A stretch of DNA of 64,000 nt from Takakia lepidozioides. Its lineage: Eukaryota; Plantae; Bryophyta. A model generated the notes under the pieces. It saw only the letters and a program-made list of their open reading frames with translations, had not been told where the DNA came from and made no database searches. The translations under genes and the position numbers were made by a program. The DNA is taken from the NCBI GenBank assembly GCA_030704615.1, contig CM060732.1, forward strand, positions 64,232,001 to 64,296,000, read 5' to 3'. Of the stretch, positions 24,632-38,224 are shown piece after piece; positions within the stretch are counted from its first letter, which is position 1, and every line of letters begins with the position of its first letter.

Positions 24632-25866
24632 ATGGTCAATCACTTAGATCGCCCTTCAACTGCTCAGCAGCAGCATTCTCAAGTTCAGCTTGCATAACTA
24701 GAAAAAAAACCTCTTTTAAATTCATTGGACAATAATACCAAGTTACTTTTCACATGACAGAGTTCTAGAAGCAAGAGCAATGTTAGCGGGGTGTAGAGCT
24801 AGAAAATTACTTGAGGCTCCATGATGTGTTGTGTAGGCTTCGTGTGACAATTTTAGGGATATAACGTGAAAAAATGTCGAGGATGAAAGTTGTGGCCAGA
24901 GAGATGGCAAAAGAAAAATGTAAGACCAAATGTCTAGAAGCCAGTGTTACCATCAATGTCAGTGCAGTAGATATACATGTTACGTGTTTACAGAAAATGA
25001 AGAATTTCATCGATCGTGTGTGTATGTCCACATTGTGTACGTTGGAGAGGGGTAACACGATATTTCACCTTCACTTGCAAATGGTTTGTACGGTTTATGT
25101 TTCCAGGTTGTTGATGTTAAATAGGTTCATCAAAAAAGAACTTGGATGGGATAATCTCAAAGTTGCGCCTCCGAGACATGTAGTTCATTGTAAAGCGCTT
25201 TGTGGAAAATGTCTGCACACTTTTATTGGGATGGTTGTTTACTGTTTGAAGAATATCAACAAACCTGGTTTCAAATTTGTACACCGCAATGTCAGTTCCA
25301 AACAGATGCAGAATGGGTTTAATGAGTATGTCAAGTATGACACTTCGTCAATTAAAAACTGAGTATGTCTTATACAACAAAATCTATTAAAGCGCACACA
25401 AATGTGGTCAAAACACGAAATGGGAAGACCGTTTGGTACCACCCTGCCAAGTGTTTTCTTCTACATGTTAAAATCTAGTCAATTTTATTCTATATAATTT
25501 TGGGTTGTTCTGTTTAAGAATAGCGGCATGGATTTCAACAGAACTCAATCGATTTGGAAGGCAATAATCGAGACACATGTGTTAGAAATAGTGAATATAG
25601 TACGATTTAAAATTGGGGAAATATCATTCGAACCTTTGGAAGGAGAGGACGTGGAAGAGGTCTTAGTGACTGGTCCAGTTGATAAATGCCTAGATGCTCT
25701 CAATGTTACGCTAACCAAGTTTTTTGAAAATAAGGGTGCATACGCTGAAAGTTTTGATAGTCAGACTCCAGTTCGTGGAAACCGATTGTGTAGCCTCTGC
25801 CAGCAGCAGGGTCATAGCCCTCTTTCCACTTATATGGCGGTTTCGACCGCCTCACCTACACTCTGA
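24632..25866 (+). pseudogene. Replitron-type HUH (Y1) endonuclease/transposase pseudogene
   Basis: ASVTI..DI..ERGNTIFHLHLQ (HUH motif)..IKKELGW..HCKALCGKCLHTFIGMVVYCLK (catalytic Tyr motif)..NVS..EYVKY..IKN*VCL..MLKSSQFY..WVV..MDFNRTQSIWK. 24874..25866 is one frame with 2 stops. Degenerate C-terminal CSLCQQQGH knuckle. The 5' start at 24632 is tentative. Confidence 0.85.
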
Positions 25867-27037
25867 AATCTGGTTCCTAGCATAAGCTTCATAATCTCAT
25901 GCCTAAGACCCCCCATAGTTTTCTTTGAATGTGATACAATTAGTTTCCATTTGCAGGAATTGTACTCTACTGAGCTTGGAGACAAGGCTACTGTTGAATT
26001 GGGGTTGTCCGATTTTGTAGATTCAGTACACAGTCTTCTTACTCCGATGCATACTTTGTTTGCTCAACAGAATCTGTATCTGGTAGAACCCCTCGGAACG
26101 AGCATGCATTTAATTTAGATCTGTACATTTGTTTTGTTTGGTGTTTTTATACTCTTGTAACTTTCAAATGCTTATATTTGTAAAGGTCCAAACCATCAAA
26201 TATTAAATGAAAATCGTCCAAGTAATCGTCCAAAAAAGTTACACAAGGATTTGAAAAGAATGTGTGACCCCAACATTTATGGGTTAATTACGGTCAACTA
26301 GAGTGCAAGCTGATTCAAATCCAATGGGATTAGCCCAATTTCTCGTATCACTTCAATTCCTGAAAAGCCAACTAGTTTTCCGTTTGGAGGGCATACACCT
26401 TTGCCATAAACTCGGCAACTCGGTTGCCCAACCCTCCTCAAACACTTAGAAGTCCTTAGATACTCACTACTCACCCATTAAATAACCAGTTGATGATACT
26501 CAACATACACATATGGGTTTGAATCCACGACCAATTGTAAGATGGTCTTGTGCCCTAACAATAAGCCCATCTCATATGGTAGTATAGATAAATGCAATTA
26601 TTATTGTTTGAAAGAAAAATGTTTTTGTTTTTCAAATATTCAGAAAGAAGGCTGGGCATGCTTTACTGAAAATGATTGTTCTTGGGTTTCTTTCCCTATA
26701 ATTAAAAATAGTAGGACAATAGCACCAATAGAAGTATTATTATTTTACAGAAATATTTATTTGGACGACATACCATTATAGAGGAATTGTACCAAAGAAA
26801 TAAAAATCTTCACAATGGTACTTATATTGGAGCATATAGACACTAAAAACTTTTATAAATGTAGCCTCTTAGATAGATATAACCAATATTCTCTTAATAA
26901 GGGTAGTGTAACTTAGTTTAGGTGTTGTTACATTTGATCAAATCTATGTCTTTTCCGTCTAAGTACAAATAGCTTCTAGATCTCATCTCTTAGAACTTAT
27001 TTGTTGCCTGTAGGTCTGACCGATTTCATTGCCAAAG

Positions 27038-27133
27038 TGGTTGTGGGTTCAATCCACCGAATCGTGTCACAAAGATTTCAGCATTCCTGCTAGAAGGTAG
27101 TAGTCCTTATGGTTCAAGAGACATCATAATTTA
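27038..27133 (+). mobile_element. Truncated copy of SINE family 1
   Basis: gtggttgtgggttcaatccac..gaaggtagtagtcc..aagagacatcataattta matches 57325..57422. Confidence 0.7.
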
Positions 27134-27259
27134 CAATGTCATCTAAGTCCAAATGCATTTTTTTTTTTCCATAGAGCCTACGACCAGATTTGAACCAGAG
27201 ACCTTTCCCTTGATATCTCTCCTTTCGAGGCTCCAACCATTGTCCCAGTAATTCCCACT

Positions 27260-27478
27260 TTGCTATTTTTCGGGAATTTCCAGCGACCCAAAGTACTTGA
27301 AATTCCACATCTCCCACACCGCAAGTCCAAAAATCATGAGACTAAGCCCGTGCACCCCTCCTCATCGAGGGCTTTCCAACGGGACCAAGCACCAGGGTCG
27401 GGCCTCGCGGTTGGGGACATCTCAAATCTACAAAACAAAACAAACAAAACAAAACAAATGCCTCACTTCATATATTGA
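27260..27478 (-). mobile_element. 5' part of a non-autonomous Helitron-like repeat
   Basis: Aligns with 49560..49785. The minus strand begins A|TC at 27478. Confidence 0.55.
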
Positions 27479-29357
27479 TTATAGGGCCTCCGCCCCTTTC
27501 TTCGAAAAACAATAATAATTTAAAGGCAATAATCATGTATGCCACACTAGCCCTAGTTGGTGAGTATGATACATCTCATTTGACTAGAAATGATTGAGTA
27601 TCCAACAAATAGCCTAGTGGTCATGGGCTCAAAGCCATATGTGCATCTTGGATGTCATCCATTAGTAGAAGTTGTTGTCCAAATTCCAAATATTTGGGGT
27701 CACGGTATCCACACGCGAATGCATGGATTGTAGAAGTCATGCGGAATGCATGTGGGTCAGGCCTTGTGACCTACATGGCCACGTGGCAAGTATTGGAGGT
27801 GGACTATAATGAGGTGGAGGTTTTTCCAAATTATGAGGATGGGCAAGGCATCTCGATGATGTGGCACGTTTGATTGACTATGAGGAGGCCTGCAATTTGT
27901 TGTAGTATGTGTCATTATCTGTATCTCGTAGTAGTCTGAGTCCTTCCTTTGTACGTGACGCCGTCACAAGTACATGGGACCTTCTCAAGACCTTCTTAAC
28001 GGGGCTTTATGACCCGCTCCATCCTACAGTCATGGACATTACATTCCGTTTGTTACCGTGGCTGCTAACAGTGTCGTAGGTCTACTTGGATCATAACGGA
28101 CTAGATCATCCGCTCGCTATTAAAGGTGGTTTTATTGGTCCTACCCTTAGGTAGAGACTACGCACTCGTTTCTCCTATGGCACCAATGTTGCTGGATGAT
28201 TGTTTCTGGTTGGCATACATCGATTTTGGTGTTGGATGAAATATATTACAGAAATATATGTGCTTGTTAAACTTTCAAGCTGTTTTTTGTGCCTTTAAAA
28301 TAAAAAGTATAGGTGATTTTGGTGTGGGATAAAATACGTATATTTGCTTGTTAGAGGCTGCTACTTAAAAAAAAGGTTTTTCTGATGGCCTATGAGATAT
28401 TTTTTTCCTCATTTTAATTTGATTAAATGGGCTCCGTTAGGCCTTTCCTTGCCTACAACCCAAAAAAGAAAAAGACAAAAGAAAAATATATGGGTAGTAG
28501 CAGTGGTCATAGTAGTTATTGACACTAGACACATGAGCATTTTATAAAATGACTGACATGTGGGTGCAAAATCTTTGCATTCTTTGCATGGAAATAGAGC
28601 ATGGAACACTAACACTGATTGGGACGGAGTCAAAGCTATAGACGGTTAGATTGATCCGAAATTGACATGATTGTAAACAGACACAATTATTTGGAACAAG
28701 AACCTTACGCTGAGATGATGATCGGGGAAGGCTCGCATGTACCATGCATTTGTTCTACAACCTCTCTCAACTCTTACTCTAGTAGTCGGTTCAACCCCCA
28801 CTATTAACATTCCAAAATTGAATACTAAACATGACTTAACAAATGAGAATCAGGTCTACTAGTATGCGTGCAAGTCCAATACTGTCTCTAGAACCCCATA
28901 TTTGTTTATGGGAGAAACTAGTTGAGGAAAGCAAGAGATCTGTGGGACCGACCAATGGGGAGGGAGGTGGAGGGTCCAATAGAGCCATGTGACAAGATTG
29001 TGTACATTGGCGGGACAACCTTCTGGAAGGCTTGAGCGCTGCTTGATTGGTGGGTGCTTGCTGCCCTGAGAGGGTATATAAAAGAGAGGAGGGTTGTGCT
29101 GTTGTGCTGTGCGTGACCGCCTCTAGCTTCTTGTAAAGTACCTAGTAAGTGACACGAATGGTCTCTTCTAGAAAAAGGAAGTGTAGATCAGTACCATCGC
29201 TAATTATATACTAGCACACTATGGACTGCACTTGTTGGAAAGAACCCTCCCCACACGATTGACCGTTGTTGATTTCTAGCCACATCATTGGTTGAATATC
29301 TCAACTTTATGTTTTTCATCATATTCTAACTAGCTATGGTAGCTTATTATCTTTACG

Positions 29358-29834
29358 GGGGGTTGGTATTCTGTGAGCACAGCGGCTCACGTGAGCACAA
29401 CCCGCGGTCATAGAAATTATATGTTAACATGCACGGTGCATATGAGTACCTTCAGATTTATTTTCTCAGTGCAAAAATAACTTTTCTAGGGCTTAAACTG
29501 CCGATACCCGGACTGAAAACCACGATTTTTGTTTTTCTGGGGTATTCTGGGGTATCCGGTTCGCATAAGAGGAAACCCCACGCCTATAGGGTAACATGTT
29601 TATTGTGTATAGGTGTTACTTGTTTCTTAAGTGATGTTGTGAGGGCCTATGTGAGCAGTTAAAAAAGTTTCGCAAAGTTTTTAGTTTCTCAATTTTAGTT
29701 TCGCTGGAGAATATTTGAAAGGTATCTAGGGAACATCCTTAATATTTGCTGGTGCTCACGCCCGCCTGAGCATGCTCACACCCGCCTGAGCATGCTCACA
29801 CCCGCCTGAGCATGCTCACACGCTACCCAACTTC
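29358..29834. mobile_element. MITE (477 bp) with 8-bp TSD
   Basis: Exact tctttacg at 29350 and 29835. Imperfect TIR gggggttggtattctgtgagca / rc gaagttgggtagcgtgtgagca. Three 20-bp units gctcacacccgcctgagcat at the right end. Confidence 0.8.
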
Positions 29835-31889
29835 TCTTTACGCACCAAGTTGGGCCACCGAGCTCCTACAGCCACCGTTCAATAAAATTCTACATGGTAG
29901 AACAAATTTGTACCGTTTGAATATCACAATTCATTCATAGTAGTAAGTAACACAGCTAAACAGGGCTTTAGGCTTTCCTTTCTTCTGTTGCCTCTTCAAT
30001 TTCTCTGTTCTCTCTGCTTGGCCTCGTTTTCAGCCTTCTCTTCGCTTCATTTCTTGGCTTTAAGACTCCTGTTAATTTGGTGGCTTGTTGCAGCCCTCTG
30101 CCTGGGTGGTCTCCCCTGTGTAAGCCTTCACGGCCTCATGGGCGGTTAATGTTATTTCCGCTCCTCTTTTAATGCATTTCAGGTCTCTGTTGCCTTTTCT
30201 TAAGAAAAAAGAAAAAGAAAAGTACCTAAGTAAGAATTCTGATCTGTCATGGTGTTAAAGTACCTAAGTAAGAATTCTGATCTGTCATGGTGTTGTAAGT
30301 AAGTTCCCATAATTCCATGCTCAGTTTCTCTTTGTATTTCGCGAGTGCCACTGCCACACAAGGACCTTCCCCTCCCACTCACCAACCGCCAAACGGCCAA
30401 CCGCCAACCTCCGCGCCAAATGGAGGCCTGCCGTGTGACAGGACACATTCTCTCGGGTATATGGATGTGGCATTATTTCATCTACGTGGATGATTTTGGC
30501 TAAACCGGGCTAAATCTCGGGTGAAGGATCTCAGAAGCGGCGAAACTAGGGCAAACCACAGCCGCGCATTATGGCCAGCTGGCCTCCGCATATTGGATGC
30601 TCTGATCGCGGGGTCCAGACGAATCGGGGGTGAATGGGCGCGTGGCGCCTCGCAGCTGGCCTGCAGAGCACGGTGCCACGCAGTCACAATGAATGTGTGC
30701 GGGATGCGTATTCCTGTGCACTTGCACACGTGGTCGATGCAGAGAAGTACACCCGCACCAGCCCTGTGACCTTCTTTACGGCCAATCACTGCATGCCGTG
30801 CGCCGTCCACTGCCTACACCCAGTCGCTCAGTCTACCAGCACCTGTAGTACGACCGGGATTATCCGGTCGTTCGGACCGATGGAAATGGCGACGTGGATG
30901 TAGCTTGTAGAACATTCCACAAAGATGCGTACCGCCTTTCGCTCCCGCAGTCGGGGAGTAACGGAGTATCTTTAGCGAATGTCTCGGGGTGCTGCCCGCA
31001 GTCTGTGGCACTCCACGTGTCCCCTCTTCTTCGCCTGGCTCAGCATCTCCTGCACTGCCAGAGTTTTGTGCCGAGGATTGCTCACACCTTCTCTCTCTTG
31101 TCGGCCGCTCTCTTTTCCTGAAGGATTTTCTTACTATGCCTCTTCTTAAATGCATGCTGTTTGGCTCTGCAGGAAATCTCATTGAAGACCTCTGAATTAG
31201 TCTGAAGCTCGCAAGCGCTCACCTGTAATTTGTCTTTCTCCTTGTTCTGCTTCCTGTTGGTCATTTCCTGGCAGAAATCTGCTCGTTCGATATTTTTGGA
31301 GACACAGCCTGTTCTTTCCTTCCATCGTTTATTCAGCAGATCGATTTTTGTCATGCACTTGAGGATCTACCAGTCTGTCGTTTTGCTATGAAACCATTTA
31401 TTGAATCTGAATTCAACCCGCTACATCGTCCGTAATATAGCAGATCGTGGTGCCGTGGTGCTGCTGCTCGAGTACTTGCCATCTTCATTCTTCGGGAGTG
31501 CACAGGTGCACTTCATACAATTTTCCTCAGTGCGTCTGTGTCTTCAAGGATTTGTAAATCCAACGCCGTGTGGAGTTGAGCTCATTTGGAGTCTGCGTAT
31601 TTGAAGTCTTCAATCACGAATTTCACCAGGCGCTTCCTCTAGACGCCAAAAATATGTAGGCGAATTCTTTGCAATACCGCAAGGCTGTGTTCAGAGAGTT
31701 TTGTGAATCAGTGTTGGTGTTTATATAGTTTGAATATTTGTTTCTTCCTTCATTTTTCATTTGAGCTTTGGGCCATTGTTGTTACAGGATTTATTAAGAC
31801 AGATATCTTACCATTTCTGCGCATCCACGAGAGTCGGTCGTTGCGGATCAGCAGTTCGGTGGATGAAGGCTTGGATTTGAGCCACCACA

Positions 31890-34800
31890 ATGATAATCAA
31901 GGGGGCATGGGGAGTTGCGATTACTGCTGCACTTGGCAATTTGTTGCAAGGATGGGATAGTGGGGCGATTGCAGGTCAGTCCTACACCATAGCAATGCCG
32001 CTGCATTGTCCTCTCACCGTGTGCTAGCTGCAATGTGATAGACATGGCGACAGCGAATGAAATCTGAACATAGACATAAGTGAAAAGATGTGTAACAGCA
32101 GGTAGGCGCTTCAACGCTGCTATAATATTCAGAATAACCATGTTCTATGGATAATCTGGAGAATTATGTCGTATACATGTATGTAGTTTAGGGCAAGATG
32201 TTTGAGTACATCTGCCAGCACCTTTCCTTTTCAGGCCGCTAGTGTTGTGTTTTTGAAAGCCATAAGTGTGGCTGGAGTATCCATGGGCAAGCATTCTGGT
32301 TATAATTCTTATTGCTTCATGTGCCTTTTGTATACTGCATAGTTGTCAGAATGTGGCAGAAACTGAAGTTTAAGGCAGATTCTGAGCAAAGCATGTTTCA
32401 AAGAAGAGCGCAGAAGGGATTAGGGGAAAAGCTCTGTTTGTGTGTATGATGACCCACTCATGGGGAGGGTCCAACCCAGTACTCCCAATTTTAAGCAGGT
32501 TTCCATACTTGTTTGTCTAACTGTCATACAAGTAGCCCCTGACAGGGAGCAGTACCCGCCAGGTGAAGTGGCTTTACCTTATGGCCTGATTCTTCTCTTC
32601 TTCTCTCACCTAACTGTCTATCTGCCCAAATGCATGCAGGAGCATTGCTTTATCTTAAACCAGAATTCCACTTGGATGATACACCTGCATTGGAAGGGCT
32701 TGTGGTGGCCTCCACTCTGATTGGAGCAGTGGCAAGTGTAACAGTTGCGGGGCCTGCAGCTGATTGGCTTGGCCGAAAAACCTTGTTGTATATATCTGGT
32801 TTATTCTTTTCTATTGCTGCTCTTATCATGCCATTTGCACCCAATGTCTACTTGCTCATCGTTGGCCGCGTGCTAGTTGGCTGTGGGGTTGGGTTGGCTG
32901 CCACAATTGCACCTATTCTGATCTCTGAGACAGCACCAGCTGAGATTCGAGGGCAATTGGCAACACTGCCACAACTCATGGGCTCTGGGGGTTTCTTTCT
33001 GGCCTACGTGATGGACTTTGTGGTGTCACTTCAAGTGGAACCCAGTTGGAGGCTTATTTTGGGGTTCCTCTTTGCGCCAGCGGTCATCTATGTGCTTCTG
33101 GGGATCTTTTTGTTGCCCGAATCACCTAGATGGCTTGTTAGCAAAGGTCGGATGTACGATGCAAAGGTTGTGCTGCAAAATCTTCGTTGTCGGGAGGATG
33201 TGGCAGGTATTTGCCTGACCTTCTGAATATGCTCTGCTCAGTTCCACAATTGCTTAGTTGTTGCATGTAATATTTTAATTGGTGCTTGGCTTCATGCGGT
33301 AGACTTCTGATGGGTTCCCTTATTATAGACCTTGAACATTCAAACTTAGGAGGGAATGGCAAGCACATAGGAAAGTATCAGCGTTCAGTACGAATTTGGA
33401 AGTCTTCAGCCATAATGCTAACAGTGAATGGTAGAGTTGGTCCATTAAGTCAAAGTGCAATATAAGCCCAAACCAGAGTTGTAAGCCTGCCTGGATAACA
33501 TCCCTCCTGTTCAGTGTGGAATCCTATTTCCAGTAACACTTATATGTTATTTCCATGTTTGTGTTAACTGAATGTCAATGGTCTAAGACAGAACAGTGGA
33601 TTGCCCTGGCAGTCTTTTCCATCCTTTTCTCCTATTCCTGGGTTATATCTTAGGCTACGTGACAAACAGTCGCATTTGGAGCCTTAAAATCATCAGTGTT
33701 CCACTCTCCTGTTCTGCAGTGGAGCTCGCCCTGTTGGTGGAAGGGCTAGGGGTGGGAGGTGAGAACTCCCTTGAAGAATGGCTGCTGAAGCCAGCTGAGA
33801 TGATTACAGACGATGGTGAGGAGTCAGTTATAGAGGAAGGCCAAATTAAACTGTTTGGTCCTGATGAAACTTCATGGGTTGCGACCCCCATCACAGATGA
33901 ATCGGGGAGCCACCAACTTGGACTCACAAGACACCCAAGCATTGACTCTCATGCACTTGGTTTCATAGATCCAATGGTTACTCTTCTTGGAAGTGTTCAA
34001 ACCTCCAATGATTTTCTTCTGACCTCTCGGGATGTCCCATACGATGACGACCAGAAATATGATCAGTGGGATGAAGAGGCACAGGGAACTCCACGTCATG
34101 GAGAAAATGGGTACCACTCTGAAACTGACCAGGGGGGCATGGTGGGAGACCTCGATGAGACGTTGCAAACCCCGTTGCTGTATGGGAACAGCTACAATTC
34201 TGGGAAGGTCAATCCCAGTCCTCTATCTCGCAACAATTCCCGCAGTGGGAAGGGTCCCTTCTCAAGATCGAATTCCCGTGACAGGCGTTTGTCACGCTCG
34301 AACTCAAAAGAATTTGGCTTCTCAGGGCGCTTGTCTAGGATGAACTCCAGGAGTGTGGCACAGGATGGTGGAGTTCCCGAGTCATTTGGTAGTGTAGGCA
34401 TAGGAGGTGGGTGGCAGCTTGCCTGGCGTTGGGAGGAAAAATCTGGAGAAGGGGAGGGGGAGGAAGGTGGACTCAAGAGAGTGTTCTTGAAGAGTGACGG
34501 GGGAGAATTGTTCCAGTCCGCAATGTCCTTACCAGGTGTTGGCCAACTACTGGGAGATGATTCCTTTCAGGTATGGTTGTACCTTACAATGTCATTCTGG
34601 ATGGAGTCCTCTTAATGTGATAACACTGCCGGTCCCTTAATTTGCAAGGGCGACCAAAAGCTCAGAGCCAAAATTTTGCGAGAGATTGTAAGAACAGGGT
34701 GAGATGTAGCACTGTACCTGATTGTCAGTGGACAAGATTGCAGGGTTACTGACTTCTCCCTTGATGCTTTTACAGGCTGCTGTTCTGGTGGGCCAACCAG

Positions 34801-36915
34801 CACAGCTTGCAAAGGAGTTACTTGATGAGCACCCTGTTGGGCCTGCTATGGTTCATCCTGCTGAAACAGCGACACACGGGCCTACATGGTCAAGTCTGCT
34901 GGAAGGCGGTGTTCGTCGTGCTCTTATTGTAGGAGTGTGCCTCCAGATTCTCCAACAGGTGAGTGGGCCTACAGGTCCTCCAACAGCAAGGAAATTAAAG
35001 TTAAATCTGAAATACTTTCATTCTGGACACCTACCTAATGTGTGGGAGTGTCAGCCTTTCTTTGTTTAGCTTTCAAAGAGGAAAGAGAAAGGCATGTTTC
35101 ATTCATACAGATTCTAGATGTTGTTAAGACTCGTCACTTTGGCCAGAGATGTCGAAAGAAACAATTAAGAAGAGAAATGAAATGAAATGGTACAAGAGAG
35201 ACAAAACTTGTAATGTCCACTAAGATTGAAGAGCTTTGGGACAGGACCTCAGAAGAGAGAGATGTACTCATGCCTTGTGGCCCATAGACCCTGAGCCCAG
35301 TTTGGGCAGAAGAGAGAAAGAGGAAATCAGACATAGAAAGGCAGGAAGATAAACTTTATGACATGAGAAGAAGTGCTATAGCCTTGTGGCCATGATCCCT
35401 ATCATGTCAGATACATTATCTGCAAGAGGAAGAGGTTCTTATTTACTCCATTTTCGGGATGTGCCATCGCTCTCTTTCTCAAAGCAGTCAGGGAAAAAGA
35501 GACCTCAGAACCTTTTTAAGTAAAACTCCTACCTGGTCATTCCAAGATAATGCTGGCACCCTTCCATGGTATTCTTACTTGCACTCAAATGATGTCTTTT
35601 GTATTTAAGACATGATGTTGTCCAACAGATAGAAAGGATGAGAGGCAAGTAGCAGAGAGATGGATCAACGTCCAAACAACATTTGTAATTGTGAAACTTT
35701 CAGATATACCTCTGGTTTTATGTTTTAGAGACCGAGTGGGAGTTTTTAGCAAGTGTGCTCCCTTCTGATCAGGGGTTACATGTGCAGTTTGCGGGTATCA
35801 ATGCAATCCTTTACTACACACCACAAATCCTCATGCAAGCCGGTGTTGGGGACATGTTAGCGAACGTAGGGATCAAGAGCGAATCGGCATCAATCTTGTT
35901 TAGTGGGGTCACATGCTTCCTGATGCTGCCCTGCATTATGGTGGCTATGTGGCTTATGGATCGCTCTGGCCGCCGGTATATATCTCTCTTCCATCCTCTC
36001 TTTTAGAGTTATGCTAGCACTGCTATCAACACTATGCTGACCAGTGAAAACAAGCTTCTAACCCATCCTTAATGAAAATAAAAACCAGGATGACATTGGG
36101 CTGCTATGCACTCGTATCTGGAGGAACTTGTCTTGAAAGTTAGCTGACAGTGGAATTGACAGGAAATAGGAAAGTAGACATCTCTCTACAATTGTACATT
36201 ATATTTAATGCACGATGATCCTGGGCATTTTGGGGACTGTCCTCATCCTCCTCCTCCTCATCCCATTAAATCCTACGTGGCTTTGGAATCATTGGCACAA
36301 ACACCTTGGCTACCAGGAGCCATTGACAACCAGTGGGTTCACCCAGCTGAACTCTAATGGAATAAACTGCCTCCACTCCCACACTCTCTGTAATGCAAAT
36401 CGTTAGATTCCAAAACGGCAGTCTGACTCTTGTTGTGTTGCATGGTTCACTCTCATTGCAGGCAACTCTTACTGGCAACCATACCTCTCCTCGCAATTTC
36501 GATGGTGGCACTTGTGCTGGTCAACATATTCCTATCAACAGGGTTAATTCCAGGCATCATCTCCTTTGTCTGCCTCACAATCTTCACCTGCTCATTTGTT
36601 GGAGGTTTCGGTCCAATTCCCAACATTCTATGCTCTGAGATTTTCCCAACCCGGGTCCGCGGGGTCTGTATAGGTATCTGTGCTGCTGCCATGTGGGGTA
36701 GTAATGTCATCGTCACATACTCCTTCCCTCTCATCAACCAGCACTTTGGGCTCCAGGGTGTGTTTGGTCTCTTTGGGGTGGTGAGCGTGGTGGCTTGGAT
36801 CTTTGTGTTCCTTAAAGTGCCAGAGACCAAGGGACTTCCGCTGGAAATTATCTCCGAGTTTTTTGCTATATCTACAAAGAAGGAGAAAGTAGATGACCCT
36901 CAGGGTGACTACTAG
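31890..36915 (+). CDS. TST: Tonoplast sugar (monosaccharide) transporter, MFS; exons 31890-31974, 32640-33206, 33720-34570, 34776-34958, 35788-35975, 36462-36915
   Basis: Motifs LGNLLQGWDSGAIAG, DWLGRK, ISETAPAEIRGQL, LPESPRWLVSKGR, long central loop with GIGGGWQLAW, LQQFAGINAILYY, GFGPIPNILCSEIFPTRVRG and VPETKGLPLE. All introns are GT-AG and phase-consistent. Confidence 0.96.
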
Positions 36916-38224
36916 ATCCCCACCTGATGGTCAGTTTCCTTTTCCCTATTCCAATACTTTACCCTCTGTGACCTAGAATCCAGGGTTGCTGCAACATAGA
37001 GATATTTTCATGCAACACTGTGAAGCCTTGGCAGTCTCAACACCACAACAACGGCTCTAATTGCTAATTCCAGAAGCACTCAGCATGTGGTTAAAGCCGT
37101 GCAGCTGGGGAGCTGAATCTAGCCCCTCAGTGACTCTCTCTGGTACAACTGGTAAAAAAATCTGGCTTAGGCCTATGCAAATTCTTCACTGAAATTGCGC
37201 CAGTAAATTTGAAGGCCAGTCACCATCTGCAACAACGGTAGCTGAGTGAAAGAGGGCCTCGGCAGGTTTACTCCGCTTGCGAAAGGGCCAGGGTTGAAAG
37301 TATGCTCTACACATTGTGCGCACCTAGTACAGATAGGAAGAGTTTGGATTTGTTATAGCAAAGTGTAGTCTATTGTACCAGTAGATTTTCAAACACCCCA
37401 GAAGAACAGGCTACGGATATTCCGACATCTTCAATTGAAGCGTGAGTCCAGAGTGAGTTATGAGTGTGTAGGCGTGATTTGAAGGTAGTATAGCTGTGGA
37501 AGCTAAGGCTTGGATATGTCTTTATCTTCCGGGAGATTCTCCTCTCCATTGAGCAGTAAAAACTTCCAAGATTTTTCCCCTCCTCCTCTCTCTCATCACT
37601 GTGCTAGCTTCTTCTCCTGCATTTTGTGGATCTGTTTATGAAGTGGGTGAGACGATCAAAAGGAAAACTGGATATATGTGACCAGAAACTCCCCTGAGAA
37701 GAAATGTAACGTTTCCCCTCCTTGAGGCTACGGGCTGGTGTCGGTCAGGAAACCAGGGTGACTGGCTAGGGCAGGTTAGCCGCTTCTTGAAACTACTAAA
37801 GCGTCTCTTTCCCCCCTCGTCTCTCTCTTCCGTCTGGTATCTCTTTCATTTCTTTGGAGTGACGAATTTGCTGGTTTGTGATGTGTGGCATGATCATGCT
37901 TGCTTCGGTTTTTCCCTTACCTCCGTTTTGTCAACTCAGTTCTTCAGCTTACTACTACATCAAGGCGTGGAAGGAACGGAGTGGGGGTTTCGGAAGATAT
38001 AATGAGCCGCTGTGAAGATTAAAGAAAATTGAGAATGTATACTTTAAGCATTTGATTGAGTCCTTGTTTGTCAACAAGAATCACTGTTAATTTAAGAATT
38101 CACATGTGAGATAGCCCACATTTGTAGAGAGGAGGGGAAGTACTGAACAAGAAACAAGAAATTTTCCAAAACATCGTGAAGTCTTTGTAACAGAGATCAC
38201 GTTTTGAGGCTGAAGCTTACGGCC

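Noticed and set aside
27600-29140. LTR-like fragments (TATA-containing block near 29075)
   Set aside because: No paired LTR, PBS, PPT, TG..CA ends or TSD could be identified.
30200-31350. Overlapping 70-120 aa ORFs upstream of TST
   Set aside because: GC-rich promoter/5' UTR sequence giving ORFs on both strands with no protein-like motifs.
34621-34652. Twister-ribozyme-like start (TAACACTGCC GGTCCC) in TST intron 3
   Set aside because: It lacks the AAGC loop and the closing stems needed for the pseudoknots; likely chance.
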